From assembly GCA_032718475.1 (NCBI GenBank), contig JAUCBJ010003122.1:20490-84489 (forward strand): a DNA stretch of 64,000 bases, in the 5' to 3' direction. The number at the start of each line of letters is the position of its first letter. Positions within the stretch are counted from its first letter, which is position 1. Under the pieces are notes generated by a model that saw only the letters and a program-made list of their open reading frames with translations, was not told the origin of the DNA and ran no database searches. The position numbers were made by a program, and so were the translations under genes. Positions 38,701 to 53,700 of the stretch are shown piece after piece. This stretch comes from Nemertoderma westbladi (taxonomy: Eukaryota; Animalia; Xenacoelomorpha).

Positions 38701-41700
38701 CTGGAGAGATCTGATTTCCAGATGGTATCCATTTTTGATAGAGCTACCCAAGCCTTTGCTTTCCTAACTTCAATGTCCTTTTTGCTACTCTCTATCCATG
38801 ATCCAAGGTACTGGAAGTCATCGACCTTCCTTAGTTGATTATTATCAATGGTTGTCAAGTTTCCATCAACATTAAAGGTCATGAATTCGGTCTTTGTAGC
38901 ATTTATATGCAATCCAACCTCCTTAGCAGCCCTCTCCACTTTATTTAGTAGAAGCTGTGCATCTGCAAGCGTATTAGAGAGCAGGGCGATGTCATCCGCA
39001 AAGTCGGTGTCTCTGACTGTAGTTGCCGGATATCTACTACTTCTGCGTTCTTGAAATCTTCAGATCTTCACCTTTTGTGGCCGTCCTCATTGCGTAATCC
39101 AGCACAATTACAAATAGTAATGGTGCTAATGTGTCACCTTGCAGTACGCCAGCCAGGATTGAGAAAAACTCAGTTTCACCATCTGGTGAGAGTACCTGCG
39201 CTTCTGTGTCACAATATAACAATCCAATGCTGCAACAATTACTTCTGGTATTCCATAAGCTCTTAGGATTTCAAGCATTTTACCTCTATGGATGGAGTCG
39301 AATGCCTTCTTGAAGTCCACAAAAGTTATGACTGCGGGGAGATTCTTTGACTTAATTCGTTCAATCAGTCTCCGTAGTGCAAGTATCTGAGCTATTGTTG
39401 ATCTACTTGGTCGAAATCCGTTTTGGCTCTTACGCAGTAGTTTCTCTATGTGAGGCCTAATCCTATATAGAATCATTTTATTGTATATTTTGGCAGCTAC
39501 CACAAGCAGACAGATCCCACAATAGTTTGTTGGTATGCCGAGGTCTCCTTTCTTGGGGAGAGGCTTTAGTTGACCTTTAGTCCAAATTGGTGGTGGCTTT
39601 TCCCCTTTTAACATCCGGTTGCAAACATTCAATAATGGTCTGTTTAGCACTCCGGTTTTCCATACCTCCGCTGGGATGTCATCTAATCCACTCGCTTTAT
39701 TATTGGACATGCTTTTGATGCTTCTTTGGAGTTCGGCAGGTGTGAAGTCCCCTTCTATAGGTAGTGTCTTGTCATATATTTTCCTTGTAGGGCTGACCTC
39801 GATGTTTGGTGGCTGCCCAAGCAAGTTACTGAAGTGATTTTTCCACTTCCCAACACGTTCTTCAGGACTATCGGCTTTGAGGCGCCCCTTTGCACAACTT
39901 TTCCGACCAGATACCTCATTTACAGTTTGCCAGCTAAGTCTTGATTGTTGCTGAATGTGAGCAGTTGTAATTGCTTTAGTTTTATCCTATATGTACTTTT
40001 CCTGGCTGATGTTGTAGGCCAATTTAAGATCGTCCTTAGCTTTCTCAACCTTGTTAATGTTTTCGGTTGTTGGTTGTTCGGTTTTAACTTTGTAGGCTAT
40101 CATAAGATCTTCTCTCTTACAAGTAACCTCAGAGTTTTGCCATGGCACATACTGTTTTCGTTTGGGTTTCTGGGGGATATGCCTCTTAGCTGATTCCTTG
40201 TGGGCTGTTATTATATTCTGGTATATTGAATTGGTGGATTGGTCTTCATCCATTGACTGAAGTTCTTCAAAGCGGTTTTTAACTTCTGCTGTATAAGCTT
40301 CCTTTACAGCATTGTCAGTTCTGAGTTTCTCCCAGTCATATTTGATTTGCTTGCTTGTCCTGGGTTTGCTGGCTCTCAAACTGAGACTGATCTCTGCAGT
40401 CACAATTCTGTGGTCCGAACCAATTAGGTTGAACGAGCTGTATGCCTCACAGTTGATCATGCTGTTTCTCTACTTTTTGTTTATAAGGATGTAATCCAGT
40501 TGTGCTTTGGTTCCATTAGGGTATTGTGTTCGCGCTTTTAAGACCTTTGGCAGTTTAACCCGCCAAATCTATATGTCTTCTAGGTTATAAATCGACTTTA
40601 GCCTATGACAAGTATTTGACACAAATAAATCCAACATTAGCCGAAGCCAGTCTATGCGCGACCATTCACCCGCTGGATATACCCGGGAGACTGGATTCGG
40701 ATGCTTTAATTTGATTGCGGTGCAGGCCTACCGTACTATTCGATTGATCGTTAATATAATTCCTGACAAATATCATTCACTTTCGGGAGATATTAGCAGT
40801 TCCTTTAGGACGTGGCGCTCTATCTATATAAACCGAGCTATGGCTTACACTAAACACAACGGAATGGATTATAAGTTACACATAAGGCGCATTCTTTAGG
40901 AGATGCTTTGTTACGCGGACAAGCACATACAGACTATTGCACACCGCTGCACACTGAATTGCCGATAGTCACTGATTTTAATCATATATAAAGAGAATAG
41001 CAACCGACATTTGTAGGGCCTATAAAATAGCATTCAATTCACTACAAACCACGATAATATAAGTCGCAATTGCTATATGTAGCCGGTCTCTCTAACCTTA
41101 GTGTATCAAGAAGATCGGGGTTTCTGATCGTTTATCGTTATTCTCCAAATAACAATATGTAAACGAATGATACATTTAATAACAAACAGCAAATAGCAGT
41201 AAATAATGTGCAATTACCGTAAATTACCGCAATTAAATAAAATTACCGCAATTAATGTACCGTTATGTGTTCTTAGTGTCTCGTACCGCTGTACCGTGCC
41301 GGTAACAGTTATGTGTTCTTATAATTAAAGCCGTTCTAATGTTGGAATAATTCAGAATAATTCCATAGCCGATGTTCATGGCATCAGGAAAACCAACACA
41401 CTGAACCCTGTGAGCTGTTGCAGGTAGCTTTCAACACAAAGAGGAAAAGCTCTCATTGGCAGAGTTCCAGTTTCTATAAGTTCCATGAATGTCTAAATGC
41501 CAAACCTCCATAGCCTTTGCAGCCCATAGCCAACACAAGGCTAAATCGCTCTGATTGGTCGATCATTGTTCTGATTGGTTAATAGAACAGAACAAAGAGG
41601 CCATGCGTACAGCAAATCAGCCAACCAGCGGGCGGATTGTGCCACTAGAAGCAACAGTTTAGAGGATTTGAGCGAATGGGGGAAAACTGGATTACAAATG

Positions 41701-44700
41701 GAAAAGGCCAGTTATATCCCCAAAAGCTTTTACACCGCTCCCAGAAAATGGGATTTAATTATATAAAATATAAAAAATCACAGTTTCTAAAATATAAAAA
41801 TACTCTAAACAGTTAGTCTTTCTTGCGCGGACGGCGTTTACGCAGTTTCTTGAGGCTAGCAAGAGTCCTTTTCTCTTTAGGGCGAGCCACTTTACTAGGA
41901 GGGCTATAACTCCTGGGTGAAGGGTGCAATACAATTGCATCAGAAGGTTTAAGGTTACGGTCGGTGTCTCGTCCATTTCGATATGCTTCTCCTCGAGCTG
42001 ATTTTCCTCCGCTTGTCGTTGGATACGTTCGTCCAAAACTCTCGCAGAGAATAGGGTTGTCTAAGTTCGATATCTTCTTAAAGATTCTGGATTTCCCGAT
42101 CGAACTGAGATATGGTTACTTTGTTTACCGCTTGGACTTGCTAGTGCAATTTACGTTTACCTGAACAAGCGTAAGTTCCTTTTCTGATCTTTGTAGAATA
42201 GCGTCTAACTCATTTGGTACAACGCTCTCCGCCACTTTGGTGACAGGTTATATCGTGTTAAGCCGGGACGATGGTAAGGGTTAAACGGCGATATTAAATG
42301 TCCGCGTCCCAATCCGGCTAGGTAGGATGGGCTAATATCTAGGAAGCCCACAACCGGGGTGCCACCGACTAATCGTTCAGGTAACACTAGATCTTTGAGT
42401 AGTGAGTACAGCTGGGGAGGATCCGTCATACTAATAGGATCAAGAGTCTGAGGTCTCACTAGGGAATGAGGAGATCTGATCGAGTATTCCGAAACTCTGA
42501 TCATTGGTTTATTTAAGGATCGTCTGAGTCGAACGAGCGTAGGTGATACATCGAACAAGTTTCGCTCGAAACTCCCGTAAATATAGCGAGTAAAACCGTG
42601 TTTAAAGCAACGTCTCCGCGGATGTTTATGTCTTTCCGTTTGTTGGTTGGGTCTTGGGCATTCATCGCAACAATACCAAAAACGCACGTCTTGTAGGGGA
42701 AACGCGAGTGATCTTTCTCCAGCTTACAATATTCCTCCATCCGTTCGAAGCTATCCGGTACAACAGGTAGCGGTCGATCGGCGGTTAGATACATCATAGT
42801 GGAATAGAGCCGTTTGAGTTCTACCATGCGGTCATGATGTATACCTTGAGGATATCGAGTTTCTAGATTCTGTTGACTGGTAATATCGAGATAGGTTTCT
42901 CTCAAGAATTCCAGGTATTTGGTGAAGTCGCTGCGTTTATCCGGCTCTTCAACATCTGCACTTTCGAGTCGGTTTCGAATAGAATTTTCGTGTTCGAGTC
43001 TCAGTTTATCGTTCCGCTTCCGCTGGGTATGATATTTAAATAAAACCATTTCCCTTTTGGTGTCTATATCGTTCGTATCGTGTAGGTCGATAGGATGACC
43101 AGTAGTTAAGAAGTCCATATACGTACCATTACGATGCGTATAGCGAGCGGTGAATTTTCTACAGTCCAATTCACGCGTAAGTTGCTTCCTGGGACATTGG
43201 CGGTTCGATATAACGACCATCGTCCTCCGTAGTAGTTGGACCAGCGTCGCCGCGTATCAAGCTATCAACAAACGCTTGTAAAGGTAGAGTATATCGCTCC
43301 CTGATACCAAGATCATCTTCTATCAACTCAATCATATCTGCTATATAAGTTTATCCATATTATAATGAGTTTATATTTAGGCGAGCGGGCGTCGCTGCCT
43401 ACCCCTCTCTGCCCCCGGACAGTGTGAGATCCTCAGCGCTGGTGTACTTTCGCCGATGTGCCTATCGCCAACGTCGTAGCTGCACAACGACTACAACAAC
43501 CAGCACGAGTCACTCCACCGTCCGTCCCAAAGGCTTAGATATACTTCAGGTTCTTACTGGAGAGTTAGGGCTACTTTCACAATTGCGACTCGCTACTGTA
43601 AACACACCTTAGTAGTAACATTCACCTACAAACGCACAAATTCCACGTAACTGTCACAAATGGTACACATTCTATCACACATTCGGGTCATTTGTCCGTT
43701 AGTCAAGTGCCTTCCAGAATGTCACGTTGTTATTATGTATCCTTGGATACTAGCGGTGTGCTATTTATTCCGTATGCTATTCAATGAGCAAGCTTTTTAT
43801 TGTTCTGTTAACTCGCTTCTAATTCTAGCGTGGTTGTTGCTATGGTGACATTATGGAAAGCTAGCGGTAGAATTAGGGTAATTCTCATGCATACAGATCT
43901 GGGATGCTATTTAATAGTAAGTCTTTAATGGTCAATATCATCTTTATACATGATTTTATGAATTTTATCGGCTATTGACTCTATATTGGAGATTCTCGCA
44001 CACTAACACACTTAATGGGTGAATCTCCGCTCCCATGATCTATTAATTAATGGAATTTTGGGAATATTATAAATTGTATAAAATAACAATTTATCAAATT
44101 CATTAAAAGATGAATTTAAATTTATTCCCGTAAATTTTATTATTTAATATTAAATAGACACAATTTTATTCCAGAACATGTCTGGGGACTGGGATCCTTG
44201 ATTCTAGGAATTGATCTTTTTAAGAATATCGGTAACTGCTACGATATCTTAATAGACTAGAATTTTAAAGGATCTAAAATTTGACAGATTTTATAAATAT
44301 TAATAATTAATATTTAGGATGGGCACCAGTTTATTCCAGAACAAGTCTGGGGACGTTAACCACTGATTCTAGAATTTTGTCTTTCAAGTATATCGGTGGG
44401 TGCCGCGATATCTTAATCGACTAGAATTGCAGCTGGTCAAAGGGTTTAACAGATTTATTTTGCGTTGTACGCTACTGTTAAAGGGACATCACGCTACTAT
44501 ATGTATTATTTAATATACGGTATGAGAGCAATATCGCACGAAGCAATGTCAGTGAGAAGAGGCAAGTCCTTTCCAAGGTCTACCCAGAGCTTGGTTTAGC
44601 CGAGACACGAGGATCTGAACTTTGCATTCCTAATACTCTGCCTACCAATAATACTTAAATATAGTAGGAGCTTTATTGTACTTTAATAAGTACGGATATT

Positions 44701-47700
44701 TCATCTTACTGTAGTCACGTATTTATAATGTAATACGGACAGTAAGGAAAGAGAAAAAGAATTATTTCTCACCGTCGCACTAAATATAATATATAAGTAA
44801 TTAAGTAATAAACACTAATATATTGCACTAATCTACTAAATAATCGCTAAATAACATTTGACTAAGTAAAATTAAAGAAAACGATTAGAATAAAATTACA
44901 TAATAATACATACATAATATAAAATAATAAAATAAATATAAAATAATATGGTCACACACCCACTCCATATGTTGTTACGTTATGGAGTCCCTAGATATTT
45001 GTTGGATTAGGGAGGTGGTCGTGGGGAGAGTATCTTGCCTTCCATAATTTCCGGACAGTTTTCGGTCTCTTTCCAGTAAACATAAACGACCAGCTGGGCG
45101 ATTGAGTGGTTGTGTTACTTTCTCCGCTCCCTTGGCCTTTCTAATCTTAGCCGGGTTAAGGTGGGGAGGCCATTCATCTTCTTTACTTAGGAAGTTGGGT
45201 CCACCTAACCGGTCTGGAGTATCTGTCAGTTCTTGAGGAGTTGCTCCTCTGGAGGCGATGTCGGCTAGATTAATCGTCTCGGGGCAATGTCTCCATTGAT
45301 CTACATTGGAGTTGATGTCGTCATTATCTGAGGAGTATGGTGTTCCCTCAGTTGGATCGTCTAACTCACTGCTCTCATCTTCCCATTCTCTTACTTGATA
45401 TACCTGATCTTTCGGTAATCTTTCCATGAGAGTTCTACGGGAAGGGCCAGTAAAGTACCAACCCACTCTAGTTCTTCCCGCATAAGCTTGTAGTGGTTGC
45501 GGTTGAGCAGGCCGTTTCTCCAATGTCTCGAGCGCTTCATGCGCATTTTGACCGATGAGTATTTGGACTCCAGGGTAATCGGTGTTGAATCTAGGTATTT
45601 CAAGCTGCTGGGTGAAATCGTCCTCATCCCAGTTATAAGGTTCCACTTGGCTGGTCGCGAAGTTCTTTATCGCTACCATTTTTACTGACCTTATACTATG
45701 TTCTCCTAGTTCATCCTGGGGGGTGGACAACGCGCCTACATAATAATCCGCTATTACGGTAGATTTCCAAACTTGCATAATTCCTGACATGTTTAGCTTA
45801 GTTCGGAACTGGGGTTGTCCAGCAAAGATGTCTTCGGCTAGTTCTTTGTCGATGAATGTTCCTGTGCTACCGGAGTCAAGGAGGGCGTTCACTATATAAC
45901 TCCTTTTAGGTCCGTGGACCCTTAACTGTACTACAGGAAATTCTCGGATTCCTACATTGGAAGTTGGCGCTTTCCAAGATGGTTGTCGATCAGAAGTAGT
46001 TAGGGGGAGCTCACTGTCGGTTTCCTTCTCATACGTAAGTGCTCGATACACTGCGGTATTTATTAAGTAACAGGATTCGTTTTCGTCTGATAATTCGTCC
46101 GTATAGAATCCTTCCATTTCAGAACTTTGGTCGGAGAATTCGTCCGTATAGAATCCTTCCATCTCAGAACTTTGGTCAGTGTCGTTCACATCACTGAATT
46201 GGACATGTAGTTCGGACTCACTTACCTGACTCGGGCTGTTTCTTTCGAATTCGGTGTGCAACAAAATATGATGTTTCGCGCCGCACTTCGCACACCTTGC
46301 GTCGGAGTAACAGGTTCGCCGTTGGTGTCCTCGTCTGAGACAATTATAACACAACCGCTTATCCCACATGACTTCACATCTATCCTTTAATGATTTCTTT
46401 AGGAATTCATTACACACATTTAAACGGTGGGGCCCGTCGCACAACACACATTTGGGCTTGATGTTACTTACTTTAACATGTGCTGTGTGGTGCACGCTCG
46501 TTCTTTCCTCGGGCTTTCTTCCGTGAATTCTTTTAGGAGACGTGGGAGGAGTTTTTCTTACCTGTTCTCTCCTGTCATTGGTTCGAGACTTGAATTTACT
46601 TACCTGTTCTTTAGGCGTTTTATTGACATAATAAGATCTTTCAGTGTCTTTCCCGCTATCCTCTCCTTGAGAAGTTTGGCTTTCGCCGTCGTCTGTATAA
46701 CACACTGGTGTTACCTTTCTCCTAGAGACGGGTTTCTCACTTACCTTACTTTCCGATGTCTTCTCTCTGGACTGCTTTATGAGCTGTAATTTCACTTCGC
46801 CGTCCAAGAATGACATGAGATCAGCCATGGTAGGGTCTCGTTGTTGTTGTTCCATCATATATAACACTTTCTTGTCCCAACGTGTACCTACTCCACCCTT
46901 CGGTAAAGTAGAAGTCACTGCTCTAATAACCATAGCACTCTGATACTCATGAGACTTGCCTAGCCAATCTAATTGTCGGCAGATCTCCTGAATCTCATCG
47001 GAAAACTCTATAATCCCACTGCTAATAAACTTTCGGGGCGCTACCAACTTTGCATACAAATACCCAGCTATGTTATTCCTATTACCATACCTGAAGTTTA
47101 GAGTATCCCAAACTTGTCTTAATCCATCTGGATGTCCAATAAATTTTAACGCCATTAACTTGGGAGGTCCTTCCAAGCATTCGATGAGGTATCTGAGTTT
47201 CTCTCCGTTAGATAGCACAGAGTTCTGTATGTTATCTTTGTAATATTCATTAAAAGGTAACCATTTCATCTCATCTCCATTGAACTTGACGATCTCTCCA
47301 ACCTTTACCGCTTGACGGGCTTCGGTTCTAGCCATTTGACGCGTAAAACTTTCTTGAGCCATCGTATTATTGAATATAGAATTATCGGTATATAAATTTC
47401 TCGGATTATGATCAGGTCTATATGGAATATCATTATCAACAGGTTTATAATTACCCTTAATAGGGTTTACTATAGGAGTTTCTACTTCACTAGCAGTATA
47501 GATGCGTGTAGGCTCCACACCTTGCGCATGAAATACTTCAGACCTAACAGGTTGACACATTGTTACAGAGGGTGGTGGTATACCCTTTTGTAAATTTACT
47601 AACTTATCGCGTTCTGACGCGATACTCTGCTGCACTTCTTGCAATGCTAACCTACCCTCTCTTACTGCTCCCTTTAACTGCTGAACAGTCCCTTCCAACT

Positions 47701-50700
47701 CCCAGACCTGCTGGGAGGAACATTTACAATGTTCCCTCAGCTGCCCGAGCAGGAGACCCATCTTCCGTCGTCCCTCAGCTACCCACTCGACCGCCGAAGC
47801 GGGAGTCGCCAACGTAGTAGCGGGCAAGCAAGAGACGACGGGCGATAAATTCTTGATATCTCGCTCGGCGTCCAGGATGGGTTCGGACTCGGGAACAGTC
47901 CTACTGGGCACAGGTAGTTTCGTGCTGTGCAAAGGGAATTTAGAGGTAGGTTCTGGGAGTACAGGTGTCTCTATCACCGAAGGGGTGGCTTCGAGAACAG
48001 GCCTAATTATTTCAGGCTCATCTACTATAGTAGGGAGTCTTTCTACTGTAATAATTTGGTCTGTGCTAGCTAGTCTCACCGCAGGAGGCAAATTAGGTAA
48101 CTTCGGACAGTGTGGCATTCTTCTACGCCTGCTGAGACGAGATCTATTTCCTCCGCCTTCAGGATCTGTTATATCACCTTCATCAGGCTGCTTCGCCTGA
48201 AGGCTTTCCAGCTCTAGCTGGGTAGTCGCCCCAGACGCCTCCCGTTCTGCTTCTGCCACTGCCTCTGCCGCTTTTCTTTCCGCTTCTGCCGCTGCTACTT
48301 TTCTTTCCGCTTCTATCCTTTCAAGACACTGTCCAAGTCGAAGACTCATTCTAACACCTTTCAAAAGACTATCTGACAGTGCCCGTTTTGTGTCAGACAT
48401 GTTGGTTTGTACAGTTGAATGCCTACTGCTATATTACAGTTTAAGCAAGTCTCGTAATTCAGTATCACTGTTAGCCTAGTAATTAATTACCGATACTGCT
48501 ACTCAGTGTAGCGTGATATATATATAATATATCAGAATACCGGTATGCTTATAATATATATAAGTATTATTACAGACTAGGTTTGTCACAGAATACCAGT
48601 ATATAATTTTAGCACAAATATATATAAATATATAATAGGCCTATCGTGAATACCGGTATACAGCTTACACTTATAGTATATATAAGTATAATTATGGACT
48701 AGAATTAATTACAGAATACCGGTATAATTGCCGCCTAAATTTATAGAAATAAATATAATAAGCCTATTGTAAATACCGGTATATCAATTATTTTAGAATA
48801 ATTGAATTTCTGAATTTTAGGGGTTACTTGGTTACTTTAACTTACTTTATTACCGTTATTTGAGCAGTAGTCCAACTGATATTGAGACCTAGTTGTTGTA
48901 TGACAGGCCTACTATTTTATAAATCGGTTTGAGTTGATTTATAATATATATACCCCTATAATGGGTTTTGTCAATATTTGAAATAAATGTTATTATTTCT
49001 GGGGGGAGTCACTACACAGAAGCTGTGCGCTCTCAGTGGAGTGCTACTTGTTGGACACTAAAACAAATAATTCTAATTTACCTAAGTTACTTAATACTAC
49101 AAATTACGTACAATTCGGGTTGAGATTACAATCTCTAAATAAACACAAAAAAATTACAAATACACAAATACGAATTTTTAGGGTAATTTTACAAGAAGTC
49201 TACTAACCAGCCTAACAAAGGGTTAGAATATCTGGTTATTACAACGGACAGGGTACTACGGTATTTGAAAATAATAAGTAGTAGTAAATATACTGCGTTG
49301 TCCAGATAGGAAAATACCACCGTCTGACGACTTATAGCCGTATCGCTATAAGTACTACGTTATGTATCACGGAGTGTTCCTACCCAGAAGTTAATTACCG
49401 CGGTCTACCAGAACCAACGTGCCTATTAACCACTTTACAACACAAATATACTGTCCCCAAACTAATCACCTTCGGAAAGCACTGTACACTAAACCCTAAA
49501 TTAGGTACAAGTACTTGTACAACAAATAATCAGTAGTTAGAAATACTTGTACAGCTAAAAGAACCACGGCATCTGCTGGAGTGACCGGTGCACAAAATCA
49601 CCAGTCTTTACCTACGCCAAGCAGCCCTGATGTAGTACCAGGGTTAGTTTAACTATAACGGTATGTATAACAAGCACAATTACTGTAGGAATAAACTTGG
49701 AGACATGAATGTTGCGAATAATAGCATAAACTCTGAATAATAAATATTACGCTACGCGTACAGACTACTCAAACAAAATGCAGACTAAATACTGACAGAC
49801 TACTATCAAGCCTAAACAAACTACGGTATATGCAGACTCCGAAATGGTTAGTTAGTATGCGTTCTAACCTAGTAGTACGACTTATTCTTTCAGAGGGGGT
49901 TTACCTCACAGCACTGGAAGCCCCTATGTTCCCAACTGGCACTTTATCGGACATACACTCTACACACACCGAAACTTCCTCAGACCCAACAACAGCCAGA
50001 CAACTATCCAGCCTACAAATTATCTAAATAAGAATTATACGCTACCTGTACAGACTACACAAACAAAGTACAGACCAAACGATGGCAGACTACTATCAAG
50101 CCTAATTAAACTACAGTATATGCAGACTCCGAAATGATTAGTTAGTATGCGTTCTAACCTAGTAGTACGACTTATTCTTTCAAAGGGGGTTTACCTCACA
50201 GCACTTGAAGCCCCTACGTTCCTAACTAGCACTTTATCGGACAGATGCTCTACACACACTGCAATCCGTTCAGACTTAACAACAGTCAGACAACAGTCCG
50301 GCCTACAAATTATCTGTACAATCTGAGCAGGCTTACACGTCTTCTGCTCAATATTAACTTACAGGTAAATAAAACCAACAGAAATAAGTAAACTATACAA
50401 AGGAATGAGGGGTGATCAATCCCTAATCCCCTAGCAGCCTACAATATACAATATCATAATCGAAATAGTACTGCTGTACCCGTACTGTAAGTAAGTACCG
50501 GTCCGGATGATCAGGCAGTCAGGCCTACTGGTTACCGGTCGACCGGTACTATCAACTTGATTGCTTACGCCGCAATCAAGAAGCTATAACTGTTACTGTT
50601 CGCGCTTTTAAGACCTTTGGCAGTTTAACCCTCCAAATCTATATGTCTTCTAGGTTATAAATCGACTTTAGCCTATGACAAGTATTTGACACAAATAAAT

Positions 50701-53700
50701 CCAACATTAGCCGAAGCCAGTCTATGCGCGACCATTCACCCGCTGGATATACCCGGGAGACTGGATTCGGATGCTTTAATTTGATTGCGGTGCAGGCCTA
50801 CCGTACTATTCGATTGATCGTTAATATAATTCCTGACAAATATCATTCACTTTCGGGAGATATTAGCAGTTCCTTTAGGACGTGGCGCTCTATCTATATA
50901 AACAGAGCTATGGCTTACACTAAACACAACGGAATGGATTATAAGTTACACATAAGGCGCATTCTTTAGGAGATGCTTTGTTACGCGGACAAGCACATAC
51001 AGACTATTGCACACCGCTGCACACTGAATTGCTGATAGTCACTGATTTTAATCATATATAAAGAGAATAGCAACCGACATTTGTAGGGCCTATAAAATAG
51101 CATTCAATTCACTACAAACCACGATAATATAAGTCGCAATTGCTATATGTAGCCGGTCTCTCTAACCTTAGTGTATCAAGAAGATCGGGGTTTCTGATCG
51201 TTTATCGTTATTCTCCAAATAACAATATGTAAACGAATGATACATTTAATAACTAACAGCAAATAGCAGTAAATAATGTGCAATACGTACCGTACCGTTA
51301 TGTGTTCTTAGTGTCTCGTACCGCTGTACCGTGCCGGTAACAGTTATGTGTTCTTATAATTAAAGCCGTTCTAATGTTGGAATAATTCAGAATAATTCCA
51401 TAGCCGATGTTCATGGCATCAGGAAAACCAACACACTGAACCCTGTGAGCTGTTGCAGGTAGCTTTCAACACAAAGAGGAAAAGCTCTCATTGGCAGAGT
51501 TCCAGTTTCTATAAGTTCCATGAATGTCTAAATGCCAAACCTCCCTAGCCTTTGCAGCCCATAGCCAACACAAGGCTAAATCGCTCTGATTGGTCGATCA
51601 TTGTTCTGATTGGTTAATCGAACAGAACAAAGAGGCCATGCATACAGCAAATCAGCCAACCAGCGGGCGGATTGTGCCACTAGAAGCAACAGTTTAGAGG
51701 ATTTGAGCGAATGGGGGAAAACTGGATTACAAATGGAAAAGGCCAGTTATATCCCCAAAAGCTTTTACATATTGAAAGGTCCATAGCTTCCCCTTACTCT
51801 TTTCGAATGTGTTGTTTGTTGGTATCAATTCACATTCTTCCATTAGGTCTAAAAGAAAGTACACATTTCTGTTAGAACTGGTGTTATAGGTGTAACCCTT
51901 GATGTCTTCTGGGTCAATTTGCGCATTCAGGTCACCAGCAATGACTTTAACATTGTGTTTCGGAATGTCCTTTATAAGTCCAGTCAGTTCTTCCTAAAAC
52001 TTGACTGCTTGTTCTGGCTCTGACTGTCTGAGGCATTGGTTAGACTGTAGCAACATATAACTGTTGCCTTGGGATTCCCATCAAATGTTGCGATCATAAC
52101 CCTGGAATTTATAGATTCGATGTTGTTTACGGTCTTAAGTGCAAATGGGCTTAGCAGAATTCCTACTCCACCAATTGATGCATTGGCCGAGTTTCTTACT
52201 GCTGAGCTTGTTACTAACGTCCATCCATTTCCAATGTCATTGTACTTCATGGCAGTGTCTTCATGACAAATCCGATGTTCTTGGATGCAGATGATGTCGA
52301 TGTTATATTCCATTGCCAGAGCGACCATGTCACCCTGTTTGGTATGTGTTTTCAGCGTGCGTGCGTTCATTGTAGCAATCTTTAGTGTCTTTTTACATTT
52401 CAAGAGGTTGGTTCTTCTTCTTCTCTGTCTGTCCTCTGTCTGTAGATATGCTATCTGTCCTACCTCTAATATATGTACTTTTCCTTAAAACCTCACAATT
52501 AAGTAATTTTGAAAAACAACATTTTCAAAGATTTCTGAAAATACCGGTATCCAAATTTGAAAAGGGTTTAAATTTAAATGCAAATATTTAAATTTGGACT
52601 TCATTTAATTTTATGTCATGTCCCGGTACCAGACTGCCAATTGAATGCTAATTCAATGGTGCTGGTCCTGGGATGGTGCGGGTCTGCGAGGTCACGACAT
52701 CCCCGCGCAGTATTGACCGGCTGCTTGGGCTCTTCATCGACAACGCATCGGCTCTTAAGTTCAAGAAACAACTGGACGCGCTCTACACAACTGTATAAAT
52801 AAATATTACTATTACTCTATAAATATTAACTCAACATCAATTTGCAATATTTATTGTTAACTATTATTGCAAGTATAATCTATATTTAGCAATATTTACC
52901 GGGGCAACTACTGCAGCCGGTATAGGTAAACCACCATTGAATGCTAATTTGTATGTTGGTGTTAATCTATATTATCATCACTTTTCTCTCTGTCGGGCAG
53001 CAGGGCACAGCACTGACCGGATTAACACATCCGGACAGACATCCGGAATTTATTCTGTATAATATAGCAGTATTTAGGCCCATTCGGACAGTATCAGTAT
53101 CCGGAAATTTTCATGGACCAGATGTATTTCGGTTTGCTTCATACTAAAATTTAAGTTAATGGTTTTGCCTTAGCTGTCTGGAGGCCCATATTTAACCAGC
53201 AGATCATATATTATGGGTATTGAGAATTTCATATCGTATATAAAGCAACATTTCGGTGAACCTGAATCATCGAACAAAGACATTACCGGTAATGACAAAA
53301 ATAAAACACCGACCCAGCGGCTCCAGCATTCATACAACCTCATATAAACTGTCTAAACAAAGTGGAACTGTTTTCCTTGGCCAAAGACCGCAAATCACGT
53401 AAAGGCAATCCTTTGTCGGTTGTTTTAGATGTCGACGCTTGTCTCCCCCGTCTGTACGGCGGCTACGCCGTGGACTGGGCCTGTGGCGGCCAATGGAACC
53501 AGATGTTTCGATTCATTGACGCCCTTGTCAAAGCCTGTAGGAGTGAAAAAATTTCATTGGTAGTTTTTTTTAATGGCTGTTTAGAAAAAGACAAAATAAA
53601 TCAGTGGGCCCGACACCAAGACAAAGTTTGACAATCAGCGCTGTCGGTGCTCACCTTAGCTCACAATAAAGGAATCCCGCCCCCTAAGGCATGGTGGTTC

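Larger units (their letters stand above)
40527..51769 (-). mobile_element. BEL/Pao LTR retrotransposon, non-autonomous (no RT or integrase), inserted in the RTE LINE
   Basis: TG...CA LTRs at 40527-41734 and 50597-51769; TSD TATTG (40522-40526 and 51770-51774); purine-rich GGGAGCGG before the 3' LTR on the minus strand; Pao-type gag-pro ORF. Confidence 0.93.

Noticed and set aside
40654-40899. 81-aa ORF duplicated at 50724-50969
   Set aside because: Lies inside the two LTRs, antisense to the element. The duplication just reflects LTR identity.
52700-52760. Hammerhead-like motif in the RTE 5' UTR (cgatgaagagccc on the minus strand)
   Set aside because: Lacks an intact CUGAUGA and GAAA core; I could not draw the three stems.
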